64,000 bases of DNA, taken from assembly GCA_051294375.1 (NCBI GenBank), contig CM119264.1, positions 23,692,858 through 23,756,857 of the forward strand, written 5' to 3'. Each line of letters begins with the position of its first letter. Within the stretch, counting starts at the first letter, position 1. This document shows positions 10,006 to 24,401 of this stretch, one piece after another. This DNA comes from Paraspadella gotoi. Lineage: Eukaryota; Animalia; Chaetognatha. The notes beneath the pieces are model-generated. The model had not been told where the DNA came from, did no database searches, and saw nothing but the letters and a program-made list of their open reading frames with translations. The position numbers were made by a program, and so were the translations under genes.

Positions 10006-11424
10006 TCTTTCAAAAAAGGAGTCTTAAGAGCATGGTAACCGATCTCGCCTTGTTCCAATTCCAAGACCCGTTTCATTGTTGGCCGATATTCGTCGTGGAA
10101 AGAGATACGGAAAGAGAGGAAAGTAAAAGGTGTAATGAGATAAAGAGAAGAGAAGAGATTGACAATGAGGAAAAAAAGAAAAGGCAAGAGAGGAAACCAA
10201 GAGAAAAGCGGAAAAGGAGAGAAGTCGAGGAAAAAAAGTGAGAAAAGAAAAAAAAGGAGAAAAACGAAAAAAGAATAAACAGAGACTAAGACGGTTGATG
10301 ACTTGGAAGGGAGAAGAAGAAAGAAAAGAGGGAGAAAAGAAAAGGAAAATAGAAGAAGGAAAATTAAAAAAAAGAAAACAGAATGATTAGAAAAACTAGT
10401 AAAAAAAAAACCACAAGAAAGAAAATATCAAGTAGAAAGTCTCAAAATAAATTAAGGAAAATGCATGCATCAAATCGATTGCTTTTTCCATCATCTCAAT
10501 TCTTTTATCAATTCTTTTTAATTATACAACCTTCTATCAGTTTAATTCTCATGTCCCTTTTCTGGTCCACTTCCTTGAGCTTTATCACTCCCCAGTCCCC
10601 TCCTCCTCCTCCTCCTCCTCCTCCTTTTCTTCCTCCTCCTCTCCTTCCTCTTCATCGATCTCTCAGCTTCGTCCTCTCCCGTCCCCGACGGCGGTCGCCC
10701 ATTTTTCCCCAAAACGACTTTTTTTAGTCGCCGTCAGATCTCTTTGTCCTTCTCATTTGTCCTTACTTATCTCAATTCGCTCTTTGTCCTGCTCATTTTT
10801 TTTTCTCATCTCAAACTTTTTGACTAATCCCGAACTCTATTGTATAGAGTATAGATTAAATTATAAACAAAATTGTAGTAAATTATAGAGTATAGACGAA
10901 ACTCATCCTAATTCGATTTTTGTCCAACTCTTCCGAATGTCTTTCAAGTCTTTGTCTTCCTCTTCTTTTCCCACCCTCTCTTTCCTCAACTCCTTGTCCT
11001 TCTCATTAGCTCCCTTACCTCTCACAATCTCTCACATCTCTCACTCGCCTTTATCACCTTCGCCTATCACTCTTCGTCCCTTTTTTTTCCCTGTCAGTCT
11101 CATTAGTTTTTTCTATTTTTTCTAAACCCCCTTTTCTGTTTCCTCACAGCCTCAGTCCGTTTTTCTTTGTCCCTTAAGTGCTCCTCCCTTATCACCGACC
11201 CACATCCATTATTGCGTCTTCTCTATCCCTCTCGTGACAATTGCCTCGACTATTAACTTCAATAAAACCCCATTACTGCACCTTGTCTCCTTTGACAAAA
11301 AAAACTTTCCCCTCAGACCTTATGATCTCGTCTCTTGAATTTTTTATACTACTATCTAGGAAAAAAGTATATCACATAATTCATTTATTCAATAAAAAGT
11401 ATACAAAACATGAGTAAAACATTC

Positions 11425-11640
11425 TCAATATTTGGTATGCCATTTTTTAGCATTGACTATTGCTTGCATTCATCTGGGCACGTTCTCATACAGCAAATTG
11501 AGGTATAACAGTGAAATATTTTTCCACATCTTTAACGCAATTCTTTACAGTCCCGATATTGATGTTGCGCATTTTCCCCTCATTTCTGAGAGTTATAATT
11601 GCACTTTTTTGAACCAAAAAGAGGTGCAAGGCCTTTATCA
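11425..11640 (-). pseudogene. Tc1-family transposase C-terminal relic
   Basis: Minus-strand translation ...GL*RIALKMWKNISLLYLNLLYENVPR*MQAIVNAKKWHTKY* matches the Tc1 C-terminal pattern W..I....L..L..SMPRR..AVI.AKG..TKY; it has in-frame stops. Confidence 0.78.
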
Positions 11641-13979
11641 TTAACAAATTTAAAAAAAATAAAAATTACTAACTCTATTTGAAATAAAAATACCAAAAAT
11701 GGTGGAAAACTAAATATGATTTTTTCAACATTTTTCTTTTGAAGTAACAATATTTTTTGCCTGTAACTTCTAAACAATTTGACCTACAAAAAAATTGAAG
11801 AAAGTTATTAAAAGAATGTAGATTTGAAAATATTCTGATTTTTTTAAAATAAAATAAGTTTTTTGAGTAGATATCTTTTTTTAAAAATGTGATATACTTT
11901 ATTCCTAGATTGTACATTCATCGCACTCTTCTCTTGTTCCGTTCTATAACAATATTTCTCCGTTTCTTTTCGGTTCCTACTTTCCTTCTGATTCTGCCTT
12001 CAATTTTCTACGCGTGACTCCATTCGTAATTTTTCTCCCAGGACTCCCTCTCCTCTATTTCCTTACTTTGTATTTGTACCTCTTCCTCCCTTTACTCCGT
12101 CCTCTTTTCTTTCCTCCTTCCTACTCCCTCTTTTTCTTTCACCCTCTTTTCTTTCCTCCTCACTCTTCCTCACTTTACTCCGTCCTCTTTTCTTTCCTCC
12201 GTTCTCCTCCCTCTTCCTTCCTTTCCTCCGTCCTTTTTTCTTTCCTCTTTCCTCCTTTTCTTTCACCCTCTTTTCTTTCCTCCGTCCTCCTCCCTCTTCC
12301 TTCCTTTCCTCCGTCCTTTTTTCTTTCCTCTTTCCTCCTTTTCTTTCACCCTCTTTTCGTTCCTCCGTCCTCCTTCCTCTTCCTTCCTTTCCTCCGTCCT
12401 TTTTTCTCTCCTCTTTCCTCCTTTTCTTTCACCCTCTTTTCCCTCGAACGGATTTGACCTTCGGTTTTTCGGATCCTCAGAAGATTCGATGCATCATCAT
12501 TCGTTAGAAGTTTCTCCCGCCCAAACTTGTCCGTCTAAATCGCCCGCTCTTCGTTTGACGTCTCACCCACCGTTAGTAGTTCCAATAAATCACCTTCAAA
12601 ATGGCCGCCAAGGTATATCGAATAGATTGCCCCGATAAATTGTCTATATTATAGATTAAATGAATTGATTGCGATAATATTAAACTTACGGCTTCTCTAT
12701 TGCGATAGTTCTTTGATTGAGGGTTTATTATAGCTTTTATATCGAGCAATTAATATTAATACATTAAAACTTCCTTGATGGACTTCCCATCGTAAAACCC
12801 GGATGTAATTTCCGACTAACGACTTAATAGATATTAATTGGCTTTTATCCCGATCGGCAAAACTCGCGAGAGAATTTCTCTCCAACCAGACGAAGCACAT
12901 ACAGTTTAGCAGAGAGAGAGAGAGAGAGAGAGAAGAGAGAGAAGAGAGAGAGAGAAGGAGAGAGAGAGAGAGACAGAGAGACAGAGAGAGGCGTGGGAAC
13001 AAATTTTTGACGTTCGCATTTCGTTAATAAAAAAGGGGAAGCGACGTGAATGAGGCCAGAACGCTGGGGGTGGGGGGGGGGAAATGGAAAGAGTCTCTGA
13101 TGCGAGTCGCAGCAACGTTAAGGTTCTTTTAAAAAAAAAAAGAAAAGAGCTAAAATAAGAAAATGAAGGAAAATAAAAGCCGGAGAACCAAAAGAATATA
13201 TGATACAATAAATTAAGGGAACAAAATCAAAAACACAAATGGAGATTGGAAAGATAACGAAATAAACTGAGGGAGGAAGAAGCGAAGAGGAAAAAAAAAG
13301 GAGGAACGAGGGAAAGGAAAGAAAAAAATGGGAAAGGAAAGAAGACACGTGCTTGATTTGTGGTTTAAGGTTTGGGCCGGAAGAGGGCTCTGGGGGGGAA
13401 AAGAGAGGGAGGGAAAGGAGGATAGAGGATTGGAGGTTAGTGGGTGGAAGATATGGGAAGATGGGAGGTAGTTAGGGACGTACGGGACTGGGATAATTGT
13501 TATTGGAAATTAGGTGGAATGGATAGATTGGATAATGCAGAGGAAAGGAGAGCGGTAATGAAAAAATGAAGTTAAATTGTTAAAGAAATGAAAGAATGGA
13601 GAAATAAGAAACAAACAAAAAAAGTTTGGGAAAGAAAGAAATAAAAAAAAGGAAATAGTGGAGGGAGAAAGAGGTTCATCTGTCAGAAAAAAGAAAACAA
13701 AAATCGAAAAGGGTAAACCAAGAGGGAGAATAGGAAAGTAAAGCTCGTGCGAGAGGTGAATGAAGGTGACCGAAAGGTTAGAAAGGTGAAAGAGAGGTGA
13801 AAGAGAAGTTAGAGACGAGAGGTTAAGGAAATAAGATTGGATTAACAAGATAAAAAGGAAAGTAACAAATTGGTGAACGGGAAAACGCGGAATGGTTTTT
13901 CGTTAGTATATCTTTACTTGTATTTTTTGTAACTTGTCTAACAAAGCTAAGACGTTACTGACCTCTTTCTCTTTTTTTC

Positions 13980-14160
13980 ACCTGCTAGTGCAGTTTTACT
14001 ATACAACGTATTTATAAGTTGCTTAGAATCTACGTAGACTTATCATACAATCCCATTGTATAAACGATCTTATTTCTAAAGAAATTTTTATCACATCTGT
14101 AAGTGTGGTATTAATCGACTATGCCTTCTGCAGAATGGCCCAATATCCTTTTCTTTTTCT
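13980..14160 (-). mobile_element. Possible decayed CR1/L2-type LINE ORF2 3' fragment
   Basis: Minus-strand DKNFFRNKIVYT resembles the CR1 ORF2 terminal motif KNFFSNRVV.W; heavily degraded. Confidence 0.3.
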
Positions 14161-14666
14161 GTACATCATTTTTTTCTCTCTGGCTCCGCCTTACTTTAAT
14201 CTTTGCAAGCATCTTTTAATATTCTCTAGCAAATTTTGTTTTCCCTTTATAATTTTTTTCCAGGAACCTTGGATTATGGTAATTCAATACATTAAGAACG
14301 TTATTACATCATTTTTGAAGTTTTTATTAATCGCTATTCTTTATTGCGCTAAGCGCTTTTAAAAAAGATTTACTAACTCTGTTCCCACTTTTTCTTCCAC
14401 ATCTGACTCCGTAGGAGAGAAAATAAACTCACCTTCTTTCTACTTTTTTTTTATTTACCATTCAACTAACAGCATGAGAGAAAATAAACCTAACACTGTT
14501 TCCAGTCTTTTTTTATCTCCTCCTACGGTTTTGAATTGCATTTATTCAACTTTTTTTTTTCTTCTTTTTCCTCCCGTTTTAGTTTTTTTTACTCTTTTTT
14601 TAAAAAAAAAAGCTGAATTTCTAAACAGGGGGCGCACACGGGGAAAGCATATGTATACCGAAGGAA

Positions 14667-14737
<71 letters not shown>

Positions 14738-15954
14738 CTTCGTCCTCCTCCATTCTTGCTTTTTCATCTCAATCTCTTTTTTCCCCCCACCCTTTTCAAA
14801 GTTTCCCCTATATTTTTTCCTTATATTCTTATTCTAAGCATTTGCTATCCCTTTGTTGAAAGTTGAATACTAATTAAGCGAAAGGGAAGGGAAGCATCAA
14901 ACTCCGGTTCTGTGTCGAAATTTCGTGACCCAGAAACCAAAATAATGGGCGCGGGAAAAATCTACGCTTTCTGGAATTGTTGTATGGTCCTTTTCTTTTC
15001 TTTTAGGAGACTTCCAATGGTTTTTCGTTGATTGTGTCGTCGTGCAAAACCTACAATACGTGATACAACCTTTGGAAATACTATAAAGACATCTAGTTAC
15101 TATATCATTTAAGGAAAAAATGAGACGTACGCAGGAGGCAAGAGTGATTTTGACAATTCCATCAAACCTGCACGCTGAATGGTCAAATCCGTTTCCATCT
15201 CGACCAATCATGTTTCGGCGATTCCATTTCGGCGGCGATCGATCTTCCGATTTTTGGTGAGGCTGATACTCCTGCGATGATATTATCCAGTTTTAATGGA
15301 ATACATCGCGACTGTGATTTTTCTTTCAAAGAATAAACTTGTTTTCACGATTTAAATTCGATTTTATTTCGTATTGTAGATCAATTTTAGCGAACGATTA
15401 AAAAATATTTTTTTTTGCAAACTACAATCGACATCTTTTAAATAATTAAAAAAAAAAAAAGATTCAGGACATCGGAAATACAATAATCAATTATTGTCGA
15501 CGGATTTTTAACGACGGAAATCGTTTTTTGTGTTTTTTTTTTTCTATACAAAAAAGAAAGACGCCAATGAAAAACGATCAAGAATAAGTAATTTCGGAGT
15601 AATAGATCTCTTTCTTTTTGCGAAGTGAGATCACAAGACTACATTAATTAGGCGCCCGTAGGTGTTTTTTTTTTAGTCATGTATTGTAAACTCCCGTGGG
15701 TACTTTACTAAAATAGAAAAAACTGCCATTTTTGCCTAAATAAATAAACGAATGGAAATAAAAATAATGAAAAAATTGAAAAAAAAAAAATTCATTAAAA
15801 ACTATGGAATTCCGTTATAGCTGTTATAGCAGCCGATAGCATTCCAGCTACGTCTCGCCCTTCTCATTTGCGTCTAATTATTTAGCCAATTCCTCCCCTT
15901 TTGGCATTTGTCTCTGTCTCTGTTTCATCGGAAACTTAATTCCTCCTCTGACCG

Positions 15955-16150
15955 TCCGCCCCCCATTTTCCAGCAACCCCTTCTTCCAGCAACCCCCATT
16001 TTCCTGCAAACCCCCTTCTTCCAGCAACCCCCATTTTCCAGCTACCCCCTTCTCCAGCAACCACCCATTTTCCTGCAAACCCCCTTCTTCCAGCAACCCC
16101 CCATTTCCAGCTAACACCTTCTTTCATCAGCAACCCCCTTCTTCCTGAAA
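15955..16150. repeat. C-rich minisatellite (CCCATTTTCCAGCAACCCCCTTCTTCCAGCAA-like)
   Basis: Alternating ~17-18-bp subunits in tandem. Confidence 0.85.
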
Positions 16151-16704
16151 CCCGCATGTGATTTCCCGGCGTGATTTTTCCCGGAAGTAGGCGTGACTTC
16201 CCCGGATGTGGACTCGACTTCCTCCGGATGTCACTTGCCTTTAAATGGGTCGCGCAGAGATAAAACTCTTCGAGTCTGAATCTGGCGAAGCCGGCCGCTG
16301 AGCAATAATTCGCAGCTGTAGTCCGGTGCCAAAGTGGCGAATGGCATCGGCGTTAGATTAACGAACGGTAGTGCATGGCAACGCCAATTGAAAACAACAC
16401 GAATAATTAAATGGCAGCTAGTCTCCCAGATTATCGAAGGTTAGGGAAAAGACAGGCGAATGGCAGGTGATTGAGAGAGGCCAATGGCAGAGTCATTGAA
16501 CATCATGAGAACAGAGGGGTGAATGGCAGGTGAATGAGAGAGGCCAATGGCATTGGACCATAAGAGAACAGACGAGCGAATGGCGTCACTTTCAACGGCG
16601 TCGCGTGGCTCCTTTTTTACAAGAGCGATACTGTGTAATGGTTTCCGGTTGAAAAGATTTCGGCCGACGACGATGACGTCGACTATGACGACATCTTGGC
16701 CGGC

Positions 16705-16800
16705 AACGACGATGCCGCCGACGCCGGTGCTGACGCCGCAGCCGACGCCGCCGCTGACGCCGCAGCCGACGCCGCCGCCGCCCCCAACACCGCCGACGCC
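16705..16800. repeat. GC-rich 12-bp tandem repeat (GCCGACGCCGCC-like)
   Basis: Direct inspection. Confidence 0.8.
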
Positions 16801-17862
16801 TTGGTCACGCGCGACTGACTTCCGTCGAAAACGCGCTCCTGGCTTCGCGTCGCTTTTACCACTTTTTTCTTTCCAAATGGCGCAAATGACAAAATGGCAA
16901 AAACAGTGTAAAAAAAAAGTATGAACGCAAGAAAATCACGAAAGCGTGAAGGCAAAAATAAAAGTTCATAAACGAAAAGCAGAGAAAATATTTGACATAC
17001 ATATTTAACATAACCTCCAAGTCGTAAACTATTAATTTATAATGAAAATATAACTATAAAAAATCAAGTTACAAATTGGAGCAAAATAGTTTAACTCTCG
17101 CGAGACGTTGACACAGATCGTGAGGCAAACAGAGAGTCAAGGTCACCGAATAATTTAAGCTCAACAGTCAACACGGCCAGTTTGAAAACGAGTCAAGTTG
17201 CAAAAAATGGTTAAAGCAAAGGATAAAACAATTTGGAAATTCGAAATTGTTGCAAAGAAAAATGTTTTTAAAAATTTACGTGTTGAAAGTTTTAACAAAT
17301 GAAATATTCTGTCGCTCTTTAAAATTAAATCTTAATTTAAAGTTCCGGGTCCAAAAATACAATAAACTCTCAAAGTATAAACTGACAAAGCGAAAAATGT
17401 AAGAAATGAATTACTCTTTAATAGGGGACTTCTCTTTCAATCCTTCCATTTCATAAACACTAATCTACAGTATTTATAATTTATTCCTGGTTACATACTT
17501 TTCATCTCTTATTTTTTCCCTCTCAATACTGGATTTAATTTCTATCACTTTTATCTCAATAATAAATCACCTCATCTTTCTCAATACTTTTTGTTTTCAA
17601 TATCTGTCATAGCATTTACCTTTTTTTTTTCAACTAATTAACTTCTATCCCAACACATTCTCATTCTCACTTTTTTTCTTTTCTTTTCTCACCTTTTTTC
17701 TCTCTCTTTCTCTTTCTCTCTTTTTCTTTTCCCCCTTCACCTTCTTTCCCTTTTCCCCCTTCACCTTCTTTCCCTACCCACATCTCTTTATTCCACCCCA
17801 TTAATACCACACCTCCCCCTCTCGCTACCTCCAACCCTTTCCCCACCCATCCTTCGGCCTCT

Positions 17863-18216
<354 letters not shown>

Positions 18217-19001
18217 TTAACATATAACATAAAGAGACATATACATTTTTTAAGTTTTAAAATTTTAACTATTTAACTATAATTCAATTTCAAACAGCAT
18301 GCTAAAAACAAAAAGAAAAGAAAATTAATAATTCGTTTTCAATAGAACACACGAAAGGAAGACAAAGACAAAGACAAAGCGGATTGTGGAAAACGTTTAA
18401 AACCTACTACTTCATCCCCCCCCCCTCCGAGAATGGAATCCTTCGCACGAAACCCGAAAACCCAATCGGAACTTTTTACGTCTTTCGGTGGAAAATTGGA
18501 AACTCTAATTAGATTGAGTACATCTACGCGACGGCGACGACGACGCGCGAAAGACCCAGTGACGTCGCATCGGAGGACGAAGGCTTTCGTAGATTACGAG
18601 ACGAGTTCGAGCCCCAATAATATTCCCAATTTCCGAGTCAGTTTTGTTATTGCTCAGCTGAAGTGACCTTGAGGAGAAGGGGTAGGCATGCCCCTCTGTT
18701 TCGAGTAAGTCTGGGAGATTTTTTTTCCTTCATTAGCTCTGCTTTCTGGAGCTTCGGTAAGATACGTGAACCATTCGACCAGGCCAGGGGTATAATGCAG
18801 GGCCATTTAGATCGGAATAGAAGTGTTAGCCCAATGCTGCAGGATGCAACAGCATATATAACAGGTAGTGATATCAAGTCGCTACTAATATGTGACAACA
18901 ACATGTCACCATCACTGTCTCACTCCCCATTGAAGAATCTTCCTCACCCACATTCGACCAATAATAATAATAATTCCAACATCCCGTTCCTCATTCCTCA
19001 C

Positions 19002-19157
19002 CTGCAGAAACCGGATGAGGTAGCTGACGACCAACTTGTTGATCTCCGGGAGACTGAGGACGACGGAAAGGGCCTTCTCGGGCGTCGAGAAGTAGAGCAT
19101 GCACTCGTTGTAGAAGGCGGCGGGAATGAGGGGCTCGTAGAGCTCGCGGTACCAGAG
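19002..19157 (-). CDS. ARHGAP39: ARHGAP39 RhoGAP-domain exon
   Basis: cag|LWYRELYEPLIPAAFYNECMLYFSTPEKALSVVLSLPEINKLVVSYLIRFLQ|gtgag; 156 nt. Confidence 0.95.
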
Positions 19158-19745
19158 CTGGAAGTAGAGAGAGGGAAGGGAAGGCCGGGTAAGTTAGTCA
19201 TTAGTTCGGCTGGATCAAACGACCTTTTTCGAACTCAGCTTTTAAAACGATTTTTTCTAATAATAATATAAGATAGAATTTTGAAAAAAAATTTTCCTCC
19301 GACAGAATTCCCTAAATGACCCCGTCAAATAATTTCGTTAACGTATAATATTCTCAAAACCCAACGTAAAACTTAATCTTTTATTCAGATATTCTAATCT
19401 CGATTCACGGGGAAAATTGCGTCGCTCACTTTTTCAATTTTCTCTCGCGACGCCGTCTCGGGTATCGGGGATTGGGGATAGGGGATGGAAGATTGGGGAT
19501 TTTTGGGTATCAAGGGTACGTTGGGAATTTGTGAATGGGGATTTTTGGTTTAGGAACCCGCGCCTTGGTTGATTGGCGATATGGGTATTGGTTATAAATA
19601 CGGATCAAAAGGTTTAGCTTTGGAGACTTAGGATGAGGCTGTATGGATTTTATTTACATAGTTATATACTAGTTATATTATTATTATATATTAATTGTTA
19701 TTAGAGTTATAAAATTTTAAAAACTTTAATTTTTTTTTCCGTTTA

Positions 19746-20450
<705 letters not shown>

Positions 20451-20597
20451 TTATCTCTCTATATTCTCTTCGATTCTGTCTAGGTATTTCTCTTTTTTAA
20501 TATCTTTGCGTCTCTCTTTACTTTCTGTCTTTCTATCTCCCTTTTCTTTTCATAATATTTCTTTTCTCTTTCCGCTTCATCTCCATTCTTCTCTCTA

Positions 20598-20798
<201 letters not shown>

Positions 20799-20889
20799 TT
20801 ATATGTTAGAATAGATGAAGCGCTAATTTTAAATTTATGTATGTATTGATTTAATTTACGAATTCGAATATTATTTTATTCATTCATCG

Positions 20890-20975
20890 ATTCATTCATT
20901 CATTCATTCATTCATTCATTCATTCATTCATTCATTCATTCATTCATTCATTCATTCATTCATTCATTCATTCAT
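20890..20975. repeat. (TTCA)n microsatellite
   Basis: Perfect tetranucleotide array. Confidence 0.95.
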
Positions 20976-22004
20976 TTGTATTTCTTTATTTCATTCATTC
21001 AATACAGTTCAGATTCAATCATTAATTAACTCATTCATTCATTCATCCATTCGTTCATTCATTCATCCTTTGTTTTCATAATTTCGTTCACTCATTCGTT
21101 CATTCTCGTCCGAGATCTCCTTTCACGAAACCATCAAAACCAGCGTCGCCTCGAAATCCCAACTCATTAAAATTCATCGTCTCCATTCGTCGTAACGCGC
21201 GATTGCACCCGCCAGGTGTCGAAGCAGAGCGGAGGAGCACCTGATAGTTTACGTGAATCAGAGAGGCGTTGGCGGATTGCGCGATTCGTGTGAGATAGTT
21301 TTGCGTGCGACTGACTTGGAAATCATACTCGTCATTGCTTTATTCAGTGTTCACATCTCACGTGAACGACGCGATGCGTCGCTTATCGACGTTGCAGAAT
21401 TTTTCATTGATGCCACGCAAGGTGGCGCACGCAACCCTTCGTCTCTAACCCTTTGTTCCTGGCTTATTTCGTCAACCAGCGCTACTATCCGGCGCTGCAA
21501 TCGGCGCCGCCAACCGCCGTCGAGAGCGCCATGAATAATACAGGGTGATAAAGTTGATGGCGACGGCGCCGGTGGAAGCGAAATGAAAAGGCGTCGGTGG
21601 TGGAAAGGCGGTGGTGGCGGGTGTGGAAGAAGGGGTGGTGGCGTGGAAGAAAGTCGAGTGTGAAAGTAGGGTGGAATGGCATGGCGTTGGGGATTCTATT
21701 CCACAAAGAAACAGTGGAACAACGGTTTTGGCGGGAACCTCAAGTGGGCGAGGTAAGAAGTGTTTCGGCTTAAGGGTGTGAAGCCCTGTTGTTGGGTCAA
21801 TAATTATGCAGAGAGGAAAGGGCCAACAATTAGTACAACAATTAAGCGGATAATTAGGCCTGTCGTGGGTTTTACATATTTAAAACGTCTAATTTAGATT
21901 AAAATTTAACAATTAAAACAGATGATAAAGATAAATACTGCGAATTTGAAGCCCGAGAAGAATGAAGGAGGGAGGAACAAAGCAAGAAGGGCAAAATATG
22001 GAGA

Positions 22005-22044
<40 letters not shown>

Positions 22045-22052
22045 AGAGAGAG

Positions 22053-22101
<49 letters not shown>

Positions 22102-22597
22102 TTGACATACAAAAATAGAGACTGGGAAAAAAGAGGGAAGCCTCCAGAATTCCGCGACGCCGCTGCCTATTTTTGTTTGGGCCTCACAACAGAAACGGTT
22201 GGAGGCGAGCTTTGGAGACTACGACGACGACGATGACGACGTCGACGATGATGAGGACGACGACGAAGAAGAAAAAGACGACGACGACGATGACGAAAAG
22301 GACGAAAACTTAAAAAACTCATCGAGAAAGAGTTTCACGCGAAAACGAATCCGAGGTAAGTAAATAAGAAAAGGAAAAAAGTGATTGAAGGAGAGGAGAA
22401 CGTGTGAAACGAGTACATTAGAGAACGGTTTATGCTGTAAGAGGTCATTGAAAAAGCATGGACCTAATGATACTTGTCTCATAATATTATCACAACTTAT
22501 ATCCTCAATGAATCGCTATCCGACATCATATAAAAAATGACAGTTCACAGATGGTTAATGAAGGGGACTTTTTTATTTTAATGAGGTAAATGGGAAA

Positions 22598-22639
<42 letters not shown>

Positions 22640-22778
22640 CTGTCTTTCTCTCGTCTCTAATCTCTTCTTTCTTTCTTTCACAGCCAAACTTTGTCCACTT
22701 CGCATTCAAGCTCTGCTGATATTCTTTTTTCTGTTTTCCAAGTTAAAGAAAACACTCAAATATACCTTTGCCTCTTTC

Positions 22779-22862
<84 letters not shown>

Positions 22863-23151
22863 CGTCGGCTTCCTTTACTTCTAATGTTCTTAATGTCATC
22901 TTAAGTCAGAATGAAAGCAGTCATCTCAAAAGGTTGCTTTGTGGAAGAGCTCAGCCTAGGATGATAATGTGCGGGCGGGGAGGTGGCGGGAGAATGTGCG
23001 GAGGAGGCGAGAGGCGAGAGTGAAGTTGGAAGGGGTCGTGATGAAGTGGAATTGGCACAATAAGTGTGAGGGTGTCTGAGCATGAGCTGGAGGATGTAAG
23101 CTGGAAGTAAGAGATTTTTCGGATTGGGATTGAGAAAGTCACTGTAGGTAA

Positions 23152-23204
<53 letters not shown>

Positions 23205-23709
23205 GAGTAGATGGTGAGATTTAGGGTGTGAGGATTTGAAGGTTAGAGACGATGACGTCATGACAGAAACTCTTTCGCGCCAGAGAAGAGAAAAGTCATG
23301 TTTTGTCGGGCGAAAAAGTCGCCGACGGTTAAAAGGTAAAGTCTTTTAGAAAAAGGTGAAGAGGTTAAAATGGTTAAGGAGGTGAAAAAATAAAGAGGTT
23401 GAAGGTCTTATTTGAAAAAGGAGATTACTTTAAAAATATTAAAAGGAAAAAGCGCAAAAAAAGTTGGCTGTTTGAAATGTTAAGCTTAAGAGGATACATA
23501 AAAAGCTAAATGTTTGAAGAATAATATGTTTTTATTTGAAAATATCTGCTTTGAAAAAAAAACAAAGTGAAATGGTGGAATTTTTAAAATATATGTATAT
23601 TTTTTTTTAAAAATGTGTTCTTAAAATTGTCTGGAAGTTTTGTGAAGTGAGAAGTTTAACCAAAGAAGTAGATCGATATTTCCGACGGCGTCCGAGAGAG
23701 GAAATGTGG

Positions 23710-23775
<66 letters not shown>

Positions 23776-24306
23776 AAAGGAGAAACTGAAGCCGGGGGAA
23801 AAAAGAGGCGGAGAAAGAAAAATAAAAAAATCTGGAGAAAAAAAAAGCGAAGTTTAAAGGGGAAAATTGTGAGTTATATGGAATACGGAGCGAGCGATTG
23901 AGAAAAATGTTCGCGTTTGAATTAACTTTCTCTCGGCAATGTGAGCGTTCGAAGCATTTTGAAAGAAATACACACGAATGTGTAAAGTTTTTTGTTTTAT
24001 TGAAAAATTTAAGCATATTTTAACCTTAGTTTCGACGATTTCTGAAAAAAAAAAGAGAATTTTTTTTAAAAGACGAAATCACCGTCTTTTGTTTTGTCTT
24101 TAGTTTTTTTCCTCTCAGTTGTTCTTTTGTTTTCGGAAAGAAAAAAGAGGAAACGTGAGTTTCGTTTAAAAGCTACAATTTGAAGGCGAAGAGGCTTCGC
24201 TAAGGAGCTTCGAAACGTCGCCGTGAAAAATGTGTTTTTCGACTGTCACCGCGAGAAAAAAGAAGTTATAAAGAAAAATATTCGTGACTAAACGAAAAAT
24301 GAGAAT

Positions 24307-24401
<95 letters not shown>

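Noticed and set aside
6740-13850. Many SLSL/RERE/FFLS ORFs here and throughout the window
   Set aside because: Translations of (AG)n/(TTTC)n microsatellites and purine/pyrimidine tracts.
18663-19271. 202-aa plus-strand ORF
   Set aside because: Overlaps the GC-rich ARHGAP39 exon in antisense and has no recognisable domain.
22861-22890. Minus-strand RKPT as a candidate ARHGAP39 MyTH4-end exon
   Set aside because: Runs straight into a (GA)n microsatellite with no splice donor or further similarity.
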